A stretch of 52,588 nucleotides of DNA from Desulfobacteraceae bacterium (GTDB taxonomy: Bacteria; Desulfobacterota; Desulfobacteria; Desulfobacterales; JAABSP01). The stretch is taken from assembly GCA_011390065.1 (NCBI GenBank), contig JAABTD010000008.1:1-52588 (forward strand). The letters are read 5' to 3'. Position 1 is the first letter of the stretch; each line of letters opens with the position of its first letter. The notes under the pieces were generated by a model. The model was not told where the DNA came from. It saw only the letters and a program-made list of their open reading frames with translations, and searched no databases. Both the position numbers and the translations under genes were made by a program. Below, piece after piece: positions 39,877 through 49,494 of the stretch.

Positions 39877-39916
39877 GGCCGATTATCTCCTCAATGGGTC
39901 GAATTTTTTGGGTAAA

Positions 39917-39945
39917 ATAATAGGATCATCCCCCTGGTTTGTCAA
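39917..39945 (-). promoter_or_regulatory. Sigma70 promoter P1 for the FmdB-family gene
   Basis: Minus strand TTGACA-N17-TATTAT. Confidence 0.65.
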
Positions 39946-39989
39946 CGTCTATCAACCCGTGCGGTTTAAGTTGGAAAAAAGCGCTTTGC

Positions 39990-40018
39990 CTTATAGCCGC
40001 GCGGGTTTGGCTTGTCAA
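39990..40018 (-). promoter_or_regulatory. Sigma70 promoter P2 for the FmdB-family gene
   Basis: Minus strand TTGACA-N17-TATAAG. Confidence 0.5.
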
Positions 40019-40082
40019 TCCCTTGAAAATCGGATAAGTCCAACCCCATGAGAATGATGGGAAGCGATTCGAGAGGGCGGGG

Positions 40083-42785
40083 ATGCTGACGTCCCATTTG
40101 GGCGGGATCGGAGACATCGGGTTCCTTCACCTCCATTGCGGGGTGCGGGCGGACCGCGGCAACCGGGTTTACGAGACGGCCGCCCTCCGCCTCGATTCCG
40201 GGGGCGCAGAGCGGTCCTGCCATGCCGTCGTCCGGTACGGGCACTTTGCGGAGCGGGACCGGCGCCGGTCGGGGCTGTCCGCCCCGGCCGTCGGCAAAGG
40301 AGCGTCGCCTGAAGCGGCCTGGCGCGAACTCGGGGCCTTTTGGGCCGGCGTCTCCTGCGTCTTTTTGTTCGACCTGTCCGGGGGGCTGGCGGTGGTCCGG
40401 GAGCGGTTCCCGGAAATTCGATTCATCGATCTCGGATTCGCCGCCGAATATTTCCTCCCCGACCTGCCGTCCCACACGCCCCGGCGGATCTGGGAGCATC
40501 TGGCCGGGAAAGAGCGCGACCGGGTCGGGTTTTCCGCTGAGGAAATGGCGGCCCTGGGAAAGGACCTGGTGCGCCACATCTGCGGGACGATCCTCAATGA
40601 CGGGCTCAACCCCAAGGCCCCGGCCCTCCGGTTTTACCTGAACCACAGCGAAACTCTTTTCGGGGATGCGCTGGTCCATCTGGCGCGCCGGTTCCAGTCG
40701 TATTTCGGCGGGCTCTTCAACCCCTGCGCCCTTCCGGACGCCGAGGGCTGGCGCCGGTTTCTGGAAAAGGCCGCGCCGGTTCCGCGCAAGACGCCGGACG
40801 GCGGGTCGTTCATAAAAGTCGGGCGGGACGAACTGGCCGCCCTTTTCCGCGGGCTGTCAAAGGGCGGTTACGCCTTCCGCGAGGTCCAGCTCGATTACGC
40901 CTGCCATGTGGCCGAGGCCCTCAACGACGGGACGGTCCTTTCCATCGAGGCCGGCACCGGCACGGGCAAGACCCAGGGGTATTTGATTCCGGCCCTGGCC
41001 TTTTTGCGTCGCAACCCCCAGGCCCGGGTCGTCATCTCCACCTACACCAAACAGCTCCAGGAGCAGGTGCTCAACCGGGAGCTGGCCTTCACCCGGAACG
41101 CCTTTCCCGGCCTCTACGACGCCATTCCGGCGGCGCTGCTCAAGGGAAAGTCGAGCTACGTCTGCGCCCGGAAGCTGGACCATCTCCTGGAGCCGGGCAT
41201 GACCGGCGCCCGGATGCTGGCCTGGCTGTATCTGGTCAACATCATTTTTCTCTTCCGCACGGCCGAGGCCGACGCCGCCGGCGACCGGGTCAAGCGGATG
41301 CTGGACCCGCACCTGGCGGTCATGCGCAACGAGGCCTCGGCCCGAAGCGGATGTCCGCCCCGCCACAACCGGTGCCCGGCCCAGGTGGTGACGGCCGAGG
41401 CGGCCACGGCCCGGCTGGTGATCACCAATCACCACAAGCTGGCCCTCATGGACAACGATCCGGTGCTGACGGGGCTGTTCCGGAACTACGTCATCGACGA
41501 GGCCAACCATTTCGAGGCGGCGGTGAGGAACGCCTTTGCCGTGGAGGTCGGTTCCCGGGAAATCCGGGAGGCGGTCCGGCATCTGGAACGGACGCTCCGG
41601 CCCATCGCGCGGCGGGCCTCCGGAAAGACCGCCGGCGACACCGCCAAAACCCTCAAGGCCGCGGCCGATCTCCGGGAGGCGTTGGGAATGATGCGGACGA
41701 TCCTGGAAACGCGGTATCCCGGCGCCGCCTCCGGCGTTGTGGCGGAGCTTCGGGCCGACGATCCGGCCCGGGGTTTCGGGGAGATCAAGGAGCGGCTCGA
41801 CGCAGCCCTGTCGCCCCTGGAGACGATCGGCAAACGGATGAAGTGGATCCGGGACCCGGACGTCTGCCGCCTCCTCAAGGTGCAGGAGCGGACCGTTCAG
41901 CGGATCAAGAGCGTCCTGGCCCAGGCGGCGGAAGCGGCCGACGCGGCCCGGGAGATCCGGAACTGCCTGGATGCGGACAACCGGGTGTCGACCTGCCGCC
42001 TCTACAGCCGGAACTGGTCCCTCATGAGCCAGTCGGTGGAGGTGGGGCCCCTCATCTCCCACCACATCTACGACGACAAGGACGCCGTCGTCTTCACGGC
42101 GGCCACCCTCTGCCACGGGGGCAGCTTCCGGACCTTCCGGTCCATCGTGGGCATCGACGGAGCCGCCGGACCCTTCGACGCCCACACCGGCGACGAGCGG
42201 TTCCGGTTCCGGATCATCCCGTCCCCCTTCTCGAAGGATCAGATGACCATCGTGACGCCGGACCGGGCGGTCAACGGCAAATACGGCAACAAATCCCAAT
42301 GGATCGCGGCCGTCACGGAACTGATCCCCGAGCTGATTTCCGAAAACGGGGGGCGGACCCTGGTGCTGTTTGCCAGCTACGCCGACCTGGAGGCCATCGT
42401 CCCCCAGGTCGCCGGCGCCATCGACGGAGCCCGGCACCCGCTGCTGGTCCAGCAGCGGGGGATGCCGACCCTGCCCCTTTGCGACGCCTTCCGGACCATC
42501 AAAGAAAGCGTCCTGTTCGGGGTGGACACCTTCTGGTACGGGGTCGATTTCCGGGGCGACACCCTGACCCAGGTGATCATCACCCGGATCCCCTATCCCT
42601 CCCCCGCCGACCCCATTCAGGCCGCCCGGAAGGGGATGCTCCCGCCCTCCGAATTCTGGAACCGATACCGCTACGAGACCGAGATCAAGCTCCGCCAGGG
42701 CATCGGCCGCCTCATCCGGTGCCACACCGACCGGGGCCGGGTGGTGATCCTCGATTCCCGGTACCGCCAGTTCGCCGCCCCTTGA
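40083..42785 (+). CDS. DinG-family ATP-dependent helicase with degenerate N-terminal exonuclease-like domain
   Basis: Q motif REVQ, EAGTGTGKT, LKGKSSYVC, IDEANH, FWYGVDFRG and QGIGRLIR...DRG.VVILDSR. Confidence 0.9.
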   Translation: MLTSHLGGIGDIGFLHLHCGVRADRGNRVYETAALRLDSGGAERSCHAVVRYGHFAERDRRRSGLSAPAVGKGASPEAAWRELGAFWAGVSCVFLFDLSGGLAVVRERFPEIRFIDLGFAAEYFLPDLPSHTPRRIWEHLAGKERDRVGFSAEEMAALGKDLVRHICGTILNDGLNPKAPALRFYLNHSETLFGDALVHLARRFQSYFGGLFNPCALPDAEGWRRFLEKAAPVPRKTPDGGSFIKVGRDELAALFRGLSKGGYAFREVQLDYACHVAEALNDGTVLSIEAGTGTGKTQGYLIPALAFLRRNPQARVVISTYTKQLQEQVLNRELAFTRNAFPGLYDAIPAALLKGKSSYVCARKLDHLLEPGMTGARMLAWLYLVNIIFLFRTAEADAAGDRVKRMLDPHLAVMRNEASARSGCPPRHNRCPAQVVTAEAATARLVITNHHKLALMDNDPVLTGLFRNYVIDEANHFEAAVRNAFAVEVGSREIREAVRHLERTLRPIARRASGKTAGDTAKTLKAAADLREALGMMRTILETRYPGAASGVVAELRADDPARGFGEIKERLDAALSPLETIGKRMKWIRDPDVCRLLKVQERTVQRIKSVLAQAAEAADAAREIRNCLDADNRVSTCRLYSRNWSLMSQSVEVGPLISHHIYDDKDAVVFTAATLCHGGSFRTFRSIVGIDGAAGPFDAHTGDERFRFRIIPSPFSKDQMTIVTPDRAVNGKYGNKSQWIAAVTELIPELISENGGRTLVLFASYADLEAIVPQVAGAIDGARHPLLVQQRGMPTLPLCDAFRTIKESVLFGVDTFWYGVDFRGDTLTQVIITRIPYPSPADPIQAARKGMLPPSEFWNRYRYETEIKLRQGIGRLIRCHTDRGRVVILDSRYRQFAAP

Positions 42786-42856
42786 AAAGCGTCGGAAAAT
42801 CGTTATTTTGAGGGAATGACTGGCGATCTCATTGTGAAAAGGAGGAAAGGAATATC

Positions 42857-43252
42857 ATGACCACTGAAACGGTGGAAGGATTGAAGAAAGTGGCGCTGAC
42901 GGTCCGGGCCGGCAGCGCGCCGGGAGAATCGGATCTCACCGGGGGGCCCGTCCCCATGTCGTTTATCTTCGGGCTGGGGGTGGAAGGGCTGACCCCCTTC
43001 GAATACAGCCTTGCGGGAAAAAAAGCCGGCGACGAGGTGGCGGCGCCCATCGGTCCGGGCGAGATGGGGAAGGTCTTCTGCCACCTCAACCCCAAGCTGC
43101 CGCCCATTTCAGCCACGGGCGGAACCTTCTACGTCACCGCCCGGGTGGACAAGGTGGCGCCGGCCGACAGCCGCGAGGTGGTCCAGGCCATGGCGCTCAT
43201 GAGCCAGTGCGGCGGCGGGGAAGGCTGCGGCTGCGGTTGCGGCGGCCACTAA
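42857..43252 (+). CDS. SlyD/FKBP-like small protein with Cys-rich tail
   Basis: FIFGLGVEGLTPFEYSLAGKKAGDE resembles the FKBP core; C-terminal CGGGEGCGCGCGGH. Confidence 0.65.
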   Translation: MTTETVEGLKKVALTVRAGSAPGESDLTGGPVPMSFIFGLGVEGLTPFEYSLAGKKAGDEVAAPIGPGEMGKVFCHLNPKLPPISATGGTFYVTARVDKVAPADSREVVQAMALMSQCGGGEGCGCGCGGH

Positions 43253-43265
43253 GAAGGGCAGGGCG

Positions 43266-43589
43266 CTACAACAGCTTTCCGGCCAGCCAGAACAGGGCCA
43301 TCCCCACCACCACCGTCCCGCCCAGGGACCGGGTTTTCAGGGCGAAGAGGAAGGTGGGCAGGGCCACCCAGAGTTCGGGCCGAAGGAAGGTCAGGTGCCG
43401 ATCCGCGCCGGAGGTGAGCAGAATGGGCGCCAGCAGCGCGCTTAAAATCGCCGCCGGGATGAGGTCCAGCCATTCCGCCACGACCGGCGGCAGGGTCCGC
43501 CGGGAAAGGAACGCCAGGGGCAGCCAGCGGGGCAGGTAGGTGACCAGGGCCATGCCCAGGAGCAGCAAAAGATAGTCTTGGTTCGTCAT
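43266..43589 (-). CDS. azlD: AzlD branched-chain amino acid transporter small subunit
   Basis: GMALVTYLPRWLP, IPAAILSALL and TVVVGM; adjacent to azlC. Confidence 0.88.
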   Translation of the reverse strand: MTNQDYLLLLLGMALVTYLPRWLPLAFLSRRTLPPVVAEWLDLIPAAILSALLAPILLTSGADRHLTFLRPELWVALPTFLFALKTRSLGGTVVVGMALFWLAGKLL

Positions 43590-43600
43590 ATCCACAGGTT

Positions 43601-43641
43601 AATCACGATAAATCACAAAAATCACAAGAATCACAGTTCAA
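43601..43641. repeat. Tandem AATCAC x4 element
   Basis: AATCAC at 43601, 43611, 43620 and 43629. The terminal 13-mer AATCACAGTTCAA also occurs inverted at 39368-39380. Confidence 0.7.
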
Positions 43642-44324
43642 GATAATTTGCGCCGAAAGATCACCCCCGCCGCCGCGGCCAGCACCGACGCCAGCACAAT
43701 ATGAAGGTTGCCGGGCATCATCATGGCCAGGCCCACCGACAGGGCGGCGGCCATGAGGGCGGCGAGGACGTATCGGGCGCCGTTGAGCTGGAAGACCAGC
43801 AGGCAGATGAACATGGCGATCAGCGCGTAGTCGGTGCCGAAGGCCCCGGGCGGTATGTATTGGCCCCCGTAGCCGCCGGCCACCGTGCTGGCGATCCAGG
43901 CCAGGTTGGCGGCGTGGTTGACCGTCAGGGAGCGGTTGGTGTTCCAGAAAGTCTCCCGGTATTTGGAAAAATTGACGGCAAAGCTCTCGTCGGTGACGCC
44001 GTAGGCGAAAAGGGCCAGACGGCCCTTTTTTTCGTTTTTCACGAACAGGCTCAGGGCCGAACTCATGAGCAGGTGGCGTAGGTTGACGATGAAGGTGGTG
44101 ACCACGATGGACAGGGCCGCGGCGCCCGAGGCGATCATGGACACCGCGATGAACTGGGCGCTGCCGGCGAACACCAGCGCCGACATGAGCCCGATTTCAA
44201 GAGGCGTCAGCCCCGCCTGCCGGGCGATGACGCCGAAGGCCATGCCGATGGGCGCGTAGCCCAGGCAGATGGGCCAGGCGGCGGCCATCCCCTGGCGGAG
44301 GTCCTGTTTCAGATCCGTTGTCAT
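43638..44324 (-). CDS. azlC: AzlC family branched-chain amino acid permease
   Basis: LGYAPIGMAFG, VFAGSAQF, VNLRHLLMS and GVTDESFA. Confidence 0.93.
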   Translation of the reverse strand: MTTDLKQDLRQGMAAAWPICLGYAPIGMAFGVIARQAGLTPLEIGLMSALVFAGSAQFIAVSMIASGAAALSIVVTTFIVNLRHLLMSSALSLFVKNEKKGRLALFAYGVTDESFAVNFSKYRETFWNTNRSLTVNHAANLAWIASTVAGGYGGQYIPPGAFGTDYALIAMFICLLVFQLNGARYVLAALMAAALSVGLAMMMPGNLHIVLASVLAAAAGVIFRRKLS

Positions 44325-44509
44325 TCCGTCGCCGATTTTCCTATCCTTTGGTCGTCACTGCCTCCTTGCCGGCGTGAGATTCAAGTAAGCATTCAAAGTT
44401 TGAGACGCCGTGAGCATAGCCCGATTTTCCGAAAAAATAAAGCGGCTTTCGGCCTCGATCTTCCGATCCTCTCAGTTCGGCGTTCCGGGCCGTCGGCATA
44501 TAAAATATA

Positions 44510-44538
44510 TTGACAACCCTTTATATGGATATTATATA
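44510..44538 (+). promoter_or_regulatory. Candidate sigma70 promoter for fusA
   Basis: TTGACA-N17-TATATA in an AT-rich context. Confidence 0.5.
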
Positions 44539-44565
44539 TATCGGTTTATATGACGGAAGGCAGCG

Positions 44566-44604
44566 AATCCCTATCGGAGCGGTTTCCGAATGAGGGATTT
44601 TTTT
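44566..44604 (+). promoter_or_regulatory. Terminator-like hairpin in the fusA 5' leader
   Basis: AATCCCT-ATCGGA...TCCGAA-TG-AGGGATT followed by a T run, lying between the promoter and the fusA RBS. Confidence 0.55.
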
Positions 44605-44667
44605 ATTCCTGAAAAAACGGTCCTGGATCGGGATCGACGCTTCAGCGAAAAGGGAGTGAAGAAGAAG

Positions 44668-46752
44668 ATGATCAGCAATAAAAACGTCAGGAACATCGGC
44701 ATCAGCGCCCACATCGACTCCGGCAAGACCACATTGACGGAACGGGTGCTGTTCTACACCAAACGGATCCATGCCATCCATGATGTCAAGGGGAAGGACG
44801 GCGTCGGCGCCACCATGGATTCCATGGAGCTGGAGCGGGAACGGGGCATCACCATCGCCTCGGCGGCCACCTTCTGCGAATGGAATGGCCATGAAATCAA
44901 CATCATCGATACGCCGGGCCACGTCGATTTCACCATCGAGGTGGAGCGGGCCCTGCGGGTCCTCGACGGGGCCGTTCTGGTCCTGTGCGCCGTGGGCGGG
45001 GTCCAGTCCCAGTCCATCACGGTGGATCAGCAGATGAAGCGGTACCGGGTGCCCCGCATCGCCTTTATCAACAAATGCGATCGGAGCGGCGCCAATCCCT
45101 TCCGCGTCGTCAAACAGCTTAAAGAGAAGCTGGGTCACAACGCAGTGGCCATGCAGATCCCCATCGGCCTGGAGGCCGATTTCAAAGGCGTCGTCGATTT
45201 GATATCCATGAAGGCCCTTTTTTTCGAGGGCGACAACGGTGAAATCGTCCGGGAGGCGGAGATCCCTGAAACACTGCTGGATGAAGCCCGGGAGCGACGG
45301 GAAGAACTGGTGGACGCGGCCTCTCTTTTTTCCGACGAACTGACCGAAGCGATCTTGGAAGAAGCGGATATTTCCGAAGCGATGATCGCCGATGCGGTGA
45401 AGAAAGGGGCCCTGGCCCGGGAGATCACGCCGGTCTTTATGGGCTCGGCTTACAAAAATAAAGGGGTCCAGCCGCTTCTGGACGGCGTCGTCCAGTTCCT
45501 GCCAAGCCCCGACGAGGTCAAAAACTTCGCCCTGGAAATGACAGACCAGGAAAAAGAGGTGGCCCTGACCTCAGACCCCGCGGATCGCCTGGTTTCCCTG
45601 GCGTTCAAACTCGAAGACGGTCCCTACGGCCAGCTCACCTACGTCCGGGTCTACCAGGGAACCCTTGCCAAAGGCGATACCATCTATAACGTCCGCACCG
45701 GCAAAAAGGTGAAGGTGGGACGTCTTGTCCGGATGCACGCCAATCAGATGGAGGAGATCGAAACGGTTCCCGCCGGCTTCATCGGGGCGATGTTCGGCAT
45801 CGACTGCGCGTCCGGCGACACCTTTGTTCACCAGGGGATGGAACTGACCATGACCTCCATGTACGTGCCCGAGCCGGTGATCTCCCTGGCCATCGTCCCC
45901 AAAGACAACAAGGCCCAGATCAACATGTCCAAGGCCCTCAACCGGTTTACCAAAGAGGACCCCACCCTCCGGACCTACGTCAATGACGAGACCAATGAAA
46001 CCATCATTTCAGGCATGGGCGAACTCCATTTGGAGGTCTATCTGGAGCGGATGCGGCGGGAGTATAACGCGGATGTGGACACCGGCATGCCCCAGGTGGC
46101 TTACCGGGAAACCATCACCCAACTGGCGGAGTTCAATTACATCCATAAAAAGCAGACCGGCGGCGCGGGCCAGTTCGGACGGGTGGGGGGCTATATGGAG
46201 CCGACCGCTGAAGCCGATTTTATCTTCGAGAACAAGGTGGTGGGCGGCGCCATTCCCACCCAGTTCATTCCGGCCTGTGAAAAAGGATTTCGGAACTGTC
46301 TTCCCAAGGGGCCCAAGCTGGGCTTTCCGGTCGCCAATGTCAAGGTGGTGATCAACGACGGATCCTCCCATTCGGTGGATTCTTCGGAAATGGCCTTCCA
46401 GGCGGCGGCTCGGGGGGCTTTCCTTGAAGGATACAACAAGGCCAAGCCGGTGATCCTCGAGCCCATCATGAAAGTGACGGTGGAGACTCCCACCGAATTT
46501 CAGGGCGCCGTCATGGGAACCCTGAACCAGCGACGGGGCATCATTTTAGGAACCCAGGACGAAGGCCCTATGTGCGTCATCGAAGCCGAGGTTCCGTTGT
46601 CCGATATGTTCGGGTATTCCACGGTGCTGAGATCCTCCACCCAGGGCAAGGCCCAGTTCACCATGGAGTTTTCCGCCTATAAGCAGGTGCCCAAGTCCAT
46701 CGCCGAGGAACTCATCAAAAAGGCGGCAGAGGGAAAGAAGCACGTCGCATAA
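44668..46752 (+). CDS. fusA: Elongation factor G (stand-alone copy, not in the str operon)
   Basis: [29 protein letters not shown] and [10 protein letters not shown] 44668 follows GGGAG. Confidence 0.97.
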   Translation: MISNKNVRNIGISAHIDSGKTTLTERVLFYTKRIHAIHDVKGKDGVGATMDSMELERERGITIASAATFCEWNGHEINIIDTPGHVDFTIEVERALRVLDGAVLVLCAVGGVQSQSITVDQQMKRYRVPRIAFINKCDRSGANPFRVVKQLKEKLGHNAVAMQIPIGLEADFKGVVDLISMKALFFEGDNGEIVREAEIPETLLDEARERREELVDAASLFSDELTEAILEEADISEAMIADAVKKGALAREITPVFMGSAYKNKGVQPLLDGVVQFLPSPDEVKNFALEMTDQEKEVALTSDPADRLVSLAFKLEDGPYGQLTYVRVYQGTLAKGDTIYNVRTGKKVKVGRLVRMHANQMEEIETVPAGFIGAMFGIDCASGDTFVHQGMELTMTSMYVPEPVISLAIVPKDNKAQINMSKALNRFTKEDPTLRTYVNDETNETIISGMGELHLEVYLERMRREYNADVDTGMPQVAYRETITQLAEFNYIHKKQTGGAGQFGRVGGYMEPTAEADFIFENKVVGGAIPTQFIPACEKGFRNCLPKGPKLGFPVANVKVVINDGSSHSVDSSEMAFQAAARGAFLEGYNKAKPVILEPIMKVTVETPTEFQGAVMGTLNQRRGIILGTQDEGPMCVIEAEVPLSDMFGYSTVLRSSTQGKAQFTMEFSAYKQVPKSIAEELIKKAAEGKKHVA

Positions 46753-47522
46753 TGGCCGACGTCATCCACTTGAGAGAAAGGTTTTTCAGCATGTTGAAGA
46801 AGGATCTGATTTTTCGGAACCCCCTCCGCGCGATGGGATCCGAAGACCATGACCCCAACGAGGAGATCCTGCCCGTTGGTGGTTTCGGGGCTGTTCTGGC
46901 CAGAGCCGGGCTGGGCAAGACCTCCCTGCTCGTTCAACTGGCCCTGGACGGTCTGCTTCGGGGACGGAATGTGCTCCATGTCAGCCTGGCGGACCCGGTC
47001 CGGAAGGTGTGCCTCTGGTACGAGGAGGTGTTCCGGAACATCGCGGCCCAGTATCGCATTCAGCAGATGGAACAGATGTGGGAGACGATTCTCCCCCATC
47101 GTTTGATCATGACCTTCGGCAAGGGGGGGTTCAGCGTCCCCAAGCTGGAAGAGCGGTTGTCGGATCTGGCGGAGCAGGATATTTTTCTCCCCAAGATCAT
47201 GCTCATCGACGGTCTCGCCTTTGAATCCGACGATATTGCGGGAACGCTGTCTGAGTTGAAAGCACTGGCGGCGGCCTATGGCCTTCATGTCTGGTTTGCG
47301 GTCCGCACCCATCGGGACGACCCGCCAGGACCTGACGGCATGCCGGCCACCGTCGGCCGTGTGGCGGATTTTTTCGATGTGGCGTTTCAATTGAAGCCGG
47401 ACGGATCTTCCATACTCGTCCAGCCGCTCAAAGGAACCACGAAGGATGCGGATCGATCGGACCTGATACTGGACCCGTCCACCATGTTGATTCGGGACCT
47501 TGCCGCCACCCAGAGCGCCTGA
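46752..47522 (+). CDS. RecA/KaiC-like P-loop protein
   Basis: Walker A ARAGLGKTS and Walker-B-like MLIDG. The start is either 46752 (TAATG overlap with fusA) or ATG 46791. Confidence 0.7.
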   Translation: MADVIHLRERFFSMLKKDLIFRNPLRAMGSEDHDPNEEILPVGGFGAVLARAGLGKTSLLVQLALDGLLRGRNVLHVSLADPVRKVCLWYEEVFRNIAAQYRIQQMEQMWETILPHRLIMTFGKGGFSVPKLEERLSDLAEQDIFLPKIMLIDGLAFESDDIAGTLSELKALAAAYGLHVWFAVRTHRDDPPGPDGMPATVGRVADFFDVAFQLKPDGSSILVQPLKGTTKDADRSDLILDPSTMLIRDLAATQSA

Positions 47523-47567
47523 CCGCCCAGTAAGATGAGATATCGGCAACAGGCCGAACCCCGACAA

Positions 47568-47623
47568 CGCGTCTCCGTTTGGAGGACCGCTTCGAGGACT
47601 ATGAACGCTCGGACGGGGACGCG
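47568..47623. other. Imperfect intergenic hairpin between convergent genes
   Basis: CGCGTCTCCGT (47568-47578) pairs with ACGGGGACGCG (47613-47623) with one G-U pair. No U tail. Confidence 0.4.
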
Positions 47624-47665
47624 ACGGGAGGGAAAAGGGGATTTACAGGAGGGGGCGCCGATGGG

Positions 47666-48145
47666 TCAGGAGGGGACGACGGAGAAATGGATCGCCTCCG
47701 GCGAATCCGGGGCCACCTTCCTTCCGAGTCCGAAAATGCCGCTGCCCTGAAGCAACAGTTCATTCTGTTTCAGGTTCATGCCTTTTTCACCTTTTATGAA
47801 CACATAGGTGCCGTTGGTGCTGTGATCGATAAGGACGAACTCGTTCTGCCGAAAGACGATGCGGGCATGGGACCGGGAAACCCGGCTGTCTTCCACGACC
47901 AGATTGTTGTGACTTTGGCGCCCCATGGTGATGCTGGGACGGGACTGGCTGATTTCCATGGCGGCGTCGCGGAATTTAAGTTCCAGGCGCGGCCCCTTTT
48001 TCTGGGAGATGCTTGATGCCGCAAACGGCGACCCGTGGAGCACCAGAACGGTATTGCAGCTGTCGCACCGGGGGGCGGCGCCTTCCTTGGCTGCTTCCGC
48101 ATCGACGATATTCCTCGAGCCGCACTCCTCACAAAAGACAATCAT
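47666..48145 (-). CDS. Zinc-ribbon plus FHA domain protein
   Basis: MIVFCEECG...CDSC, then intact FHA motifs MGR, VSRSHA and DHSTNGT. Confidence 0.9.
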   Translation of the reverse strand: MIVFCEECGSRNIVDAEAAKEGAAPRCDSCNTVLVLHGSPFAASSISQKKGPRLELKFRDAAMEISQSRPSITMGRQSHNNLVVEDSRVSRSHARIVFRQNEFVLIDHSTNGTYVFIKGEKGMNLKQNELLLQGSGIFGLGRKVAPDSPEAIHFSVVPS

Positions 48146-48234
48146 TACGGATGCTCTCCAGGCTGGATGCTGTCAACAAAGAGATGGCCCCTGATGGCCC
48201 CTGCGTTCATGGAATGGGTTGACGACGTGAAAGA

Positions 48235-49047
48235 TTATTGTTTAAGGGCCTTCAGTTCTTCTCTCAGGCCCCGGAACTCTCGTTCAAGGGTCTGCTGGAT
48301 TCGGATCAGCGCATTCAAAAGGTCTCGGTTGGTGGCCGGGGCGTCCGGGTCTTCGTCCATATAATAATCTGCGTCGTGCGCCACGACAGAGGGCTCGGAG
48401 CCGCCGGTTTCCGCGACGTCGACCTCCACCGCTTCTGCACGGGTGGGTTTGGGCGCAGGGGATTTGGGCGGGGTTTTTTTCTTTTTGGGCGCCTCTTTGA
48501 TGTGTTCCTTCAGCTGCTTGTATTTGTCCAATTCGACCATGAGCATTTTTTTCTTTTCCGCTTCGCTCATGTCCTTCGACAGCATCGAATTCTCCAGGCT
48601 CTCATATACGGAATTAATCAGCCCGATGGAATCAGGATGGGCGTCGGCCTGTTTTTTCTGGATATATTTACCCAGCGCTCCCATCAACTGGAAATAGGCC
48701 ACCGAGATCTTGTCGGCTTTGTGCTTTTTTTCAAGATGGGCGATTTCTTCCACAAGGCGGTTCATCACCTCCTCGCTGATTTCCCACTCCAGCGAAAGAA
48801 TGATCGATTGCAGATTCTTGAGCGGAGAATTTTCGACATCCATTGCTTTTATACCCGTTCCGGTTTTGGGGTTGTGATTTTTTTCGGCGCCGTCCTCGTT
48901 CTCGCTGAAAAACGCATCCAATCGGTCATCGACCTCTTTGACCTTCCCGGCGTCGACAGGGCCGCGTTCGGCGTCGTTGTCTCCAAAAAAGTCGTCCAGC
49001 CGGGTATCCAGTTCGGCATCGGCATCTTTTTTGTCTTCAGCGCCCAC
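48235..49047 (-). CDS. Hypothetical protein in the mgl operon (two acidic N-terminal motifs, helical SLEWEI domain, C-terminal coiled coil)
   Basis: GTG start with AAGGGGG RBS, 13 bp downstream of mglB; low-complexity linkers. Confidence 0.75.
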   Translation of the reverse strand: MGAEDKKDADAELDTRLDDFFGDNDAERGPVDAGKVKEVDDRLDAFFSENEDGAEKNHNPKTGTGIKAMDVENSPLKNLQSIILSLEWEISEEVMNRLVEEIAHLEKKHKADKISVAYFQLMGALGKYIQKKQADAHPDSIGLINSVYESLENSMLSKDMSEAEKKKMLMVELDKYKQLKEHIKEAPKKKKTPPKSPAPKPTRAEAVEVDVAETGGSEPSVVAHDADYYMDEDPDAPATNRDLLNALIRIQQTLEREFRGLREELKALKQ

Positions 49048-49060
49048 TCTGCTTCCCCCT

Positions 49061-49483
49061 TTATTCCCAGATGGCGTTGATCTTCTGGATGGCTTCCGCT
49101 ACCTTCAGCCGGAGAATGCCGAGGGTCACATCCTTGCCGAAAATCGTGATGAGCAGGAATTCGGCATTCACCTTGCTGAAGTGGATGTTTTCGCTTTCCC
49201 CTTTATGAAAGAGCAGGGAGAACTCCTCCTCGCCCACGATTTTCGCCATGGTGTCCACGGCTGCAAAATTGGCTGAGGCCAAGGCTGCCAGAGAATACAG
49301 ATCGTGATCGCAGTTGCCGTTGTCCAGCTGCGAGATGATGTTGCCGGCCATATCGATCACCATGACGCTGTGCACGCCGCTGTCGATCAGTTCCTCTTGC
49401 AGAACGCTCTCAATGGCCTCCAACTGCTCCGGCCCAAGTGAAAAGTCGGAAAAAGAGGCGTTGTCGTCATAATCGGAGCCCAC
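49061..49483 (-). CDS. mglB: Roadblock/LC7 protein MglB (copy 2)
   Basis: IDMAGNII, SLAALASANFAA, GEEEFSLLFHKG and TLGILRLK; adjacent to mglA. Confidence 0.88.
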   Translation of the reverse strand: MGSDYDDNASFSDFSLGPEQLEAIESVLQEELIDSGVHSVMVIDMAGNIISQLDNGNCDHDLYSLAALASANFAAVDTMAKIVGEEEFSLLFHKGESENIHFSKVNAEFLLITIFGKDVTLGILRLKVAEAIQKINAIWE

Positions 49484-49494
49484 TGTGTATCCTC

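Noticed and set aside
40083-44324. Apparently higher GC content across dinG-azlC
   Set aside because: Judged only by eye, with no mobility genes or boundary repeats; it may reflect codon usage.
48183-48202. 10-bp tandem duplication GATGGCCCCT x2
   Set aside because: Only two copies; likely a slippage event with no evident function.
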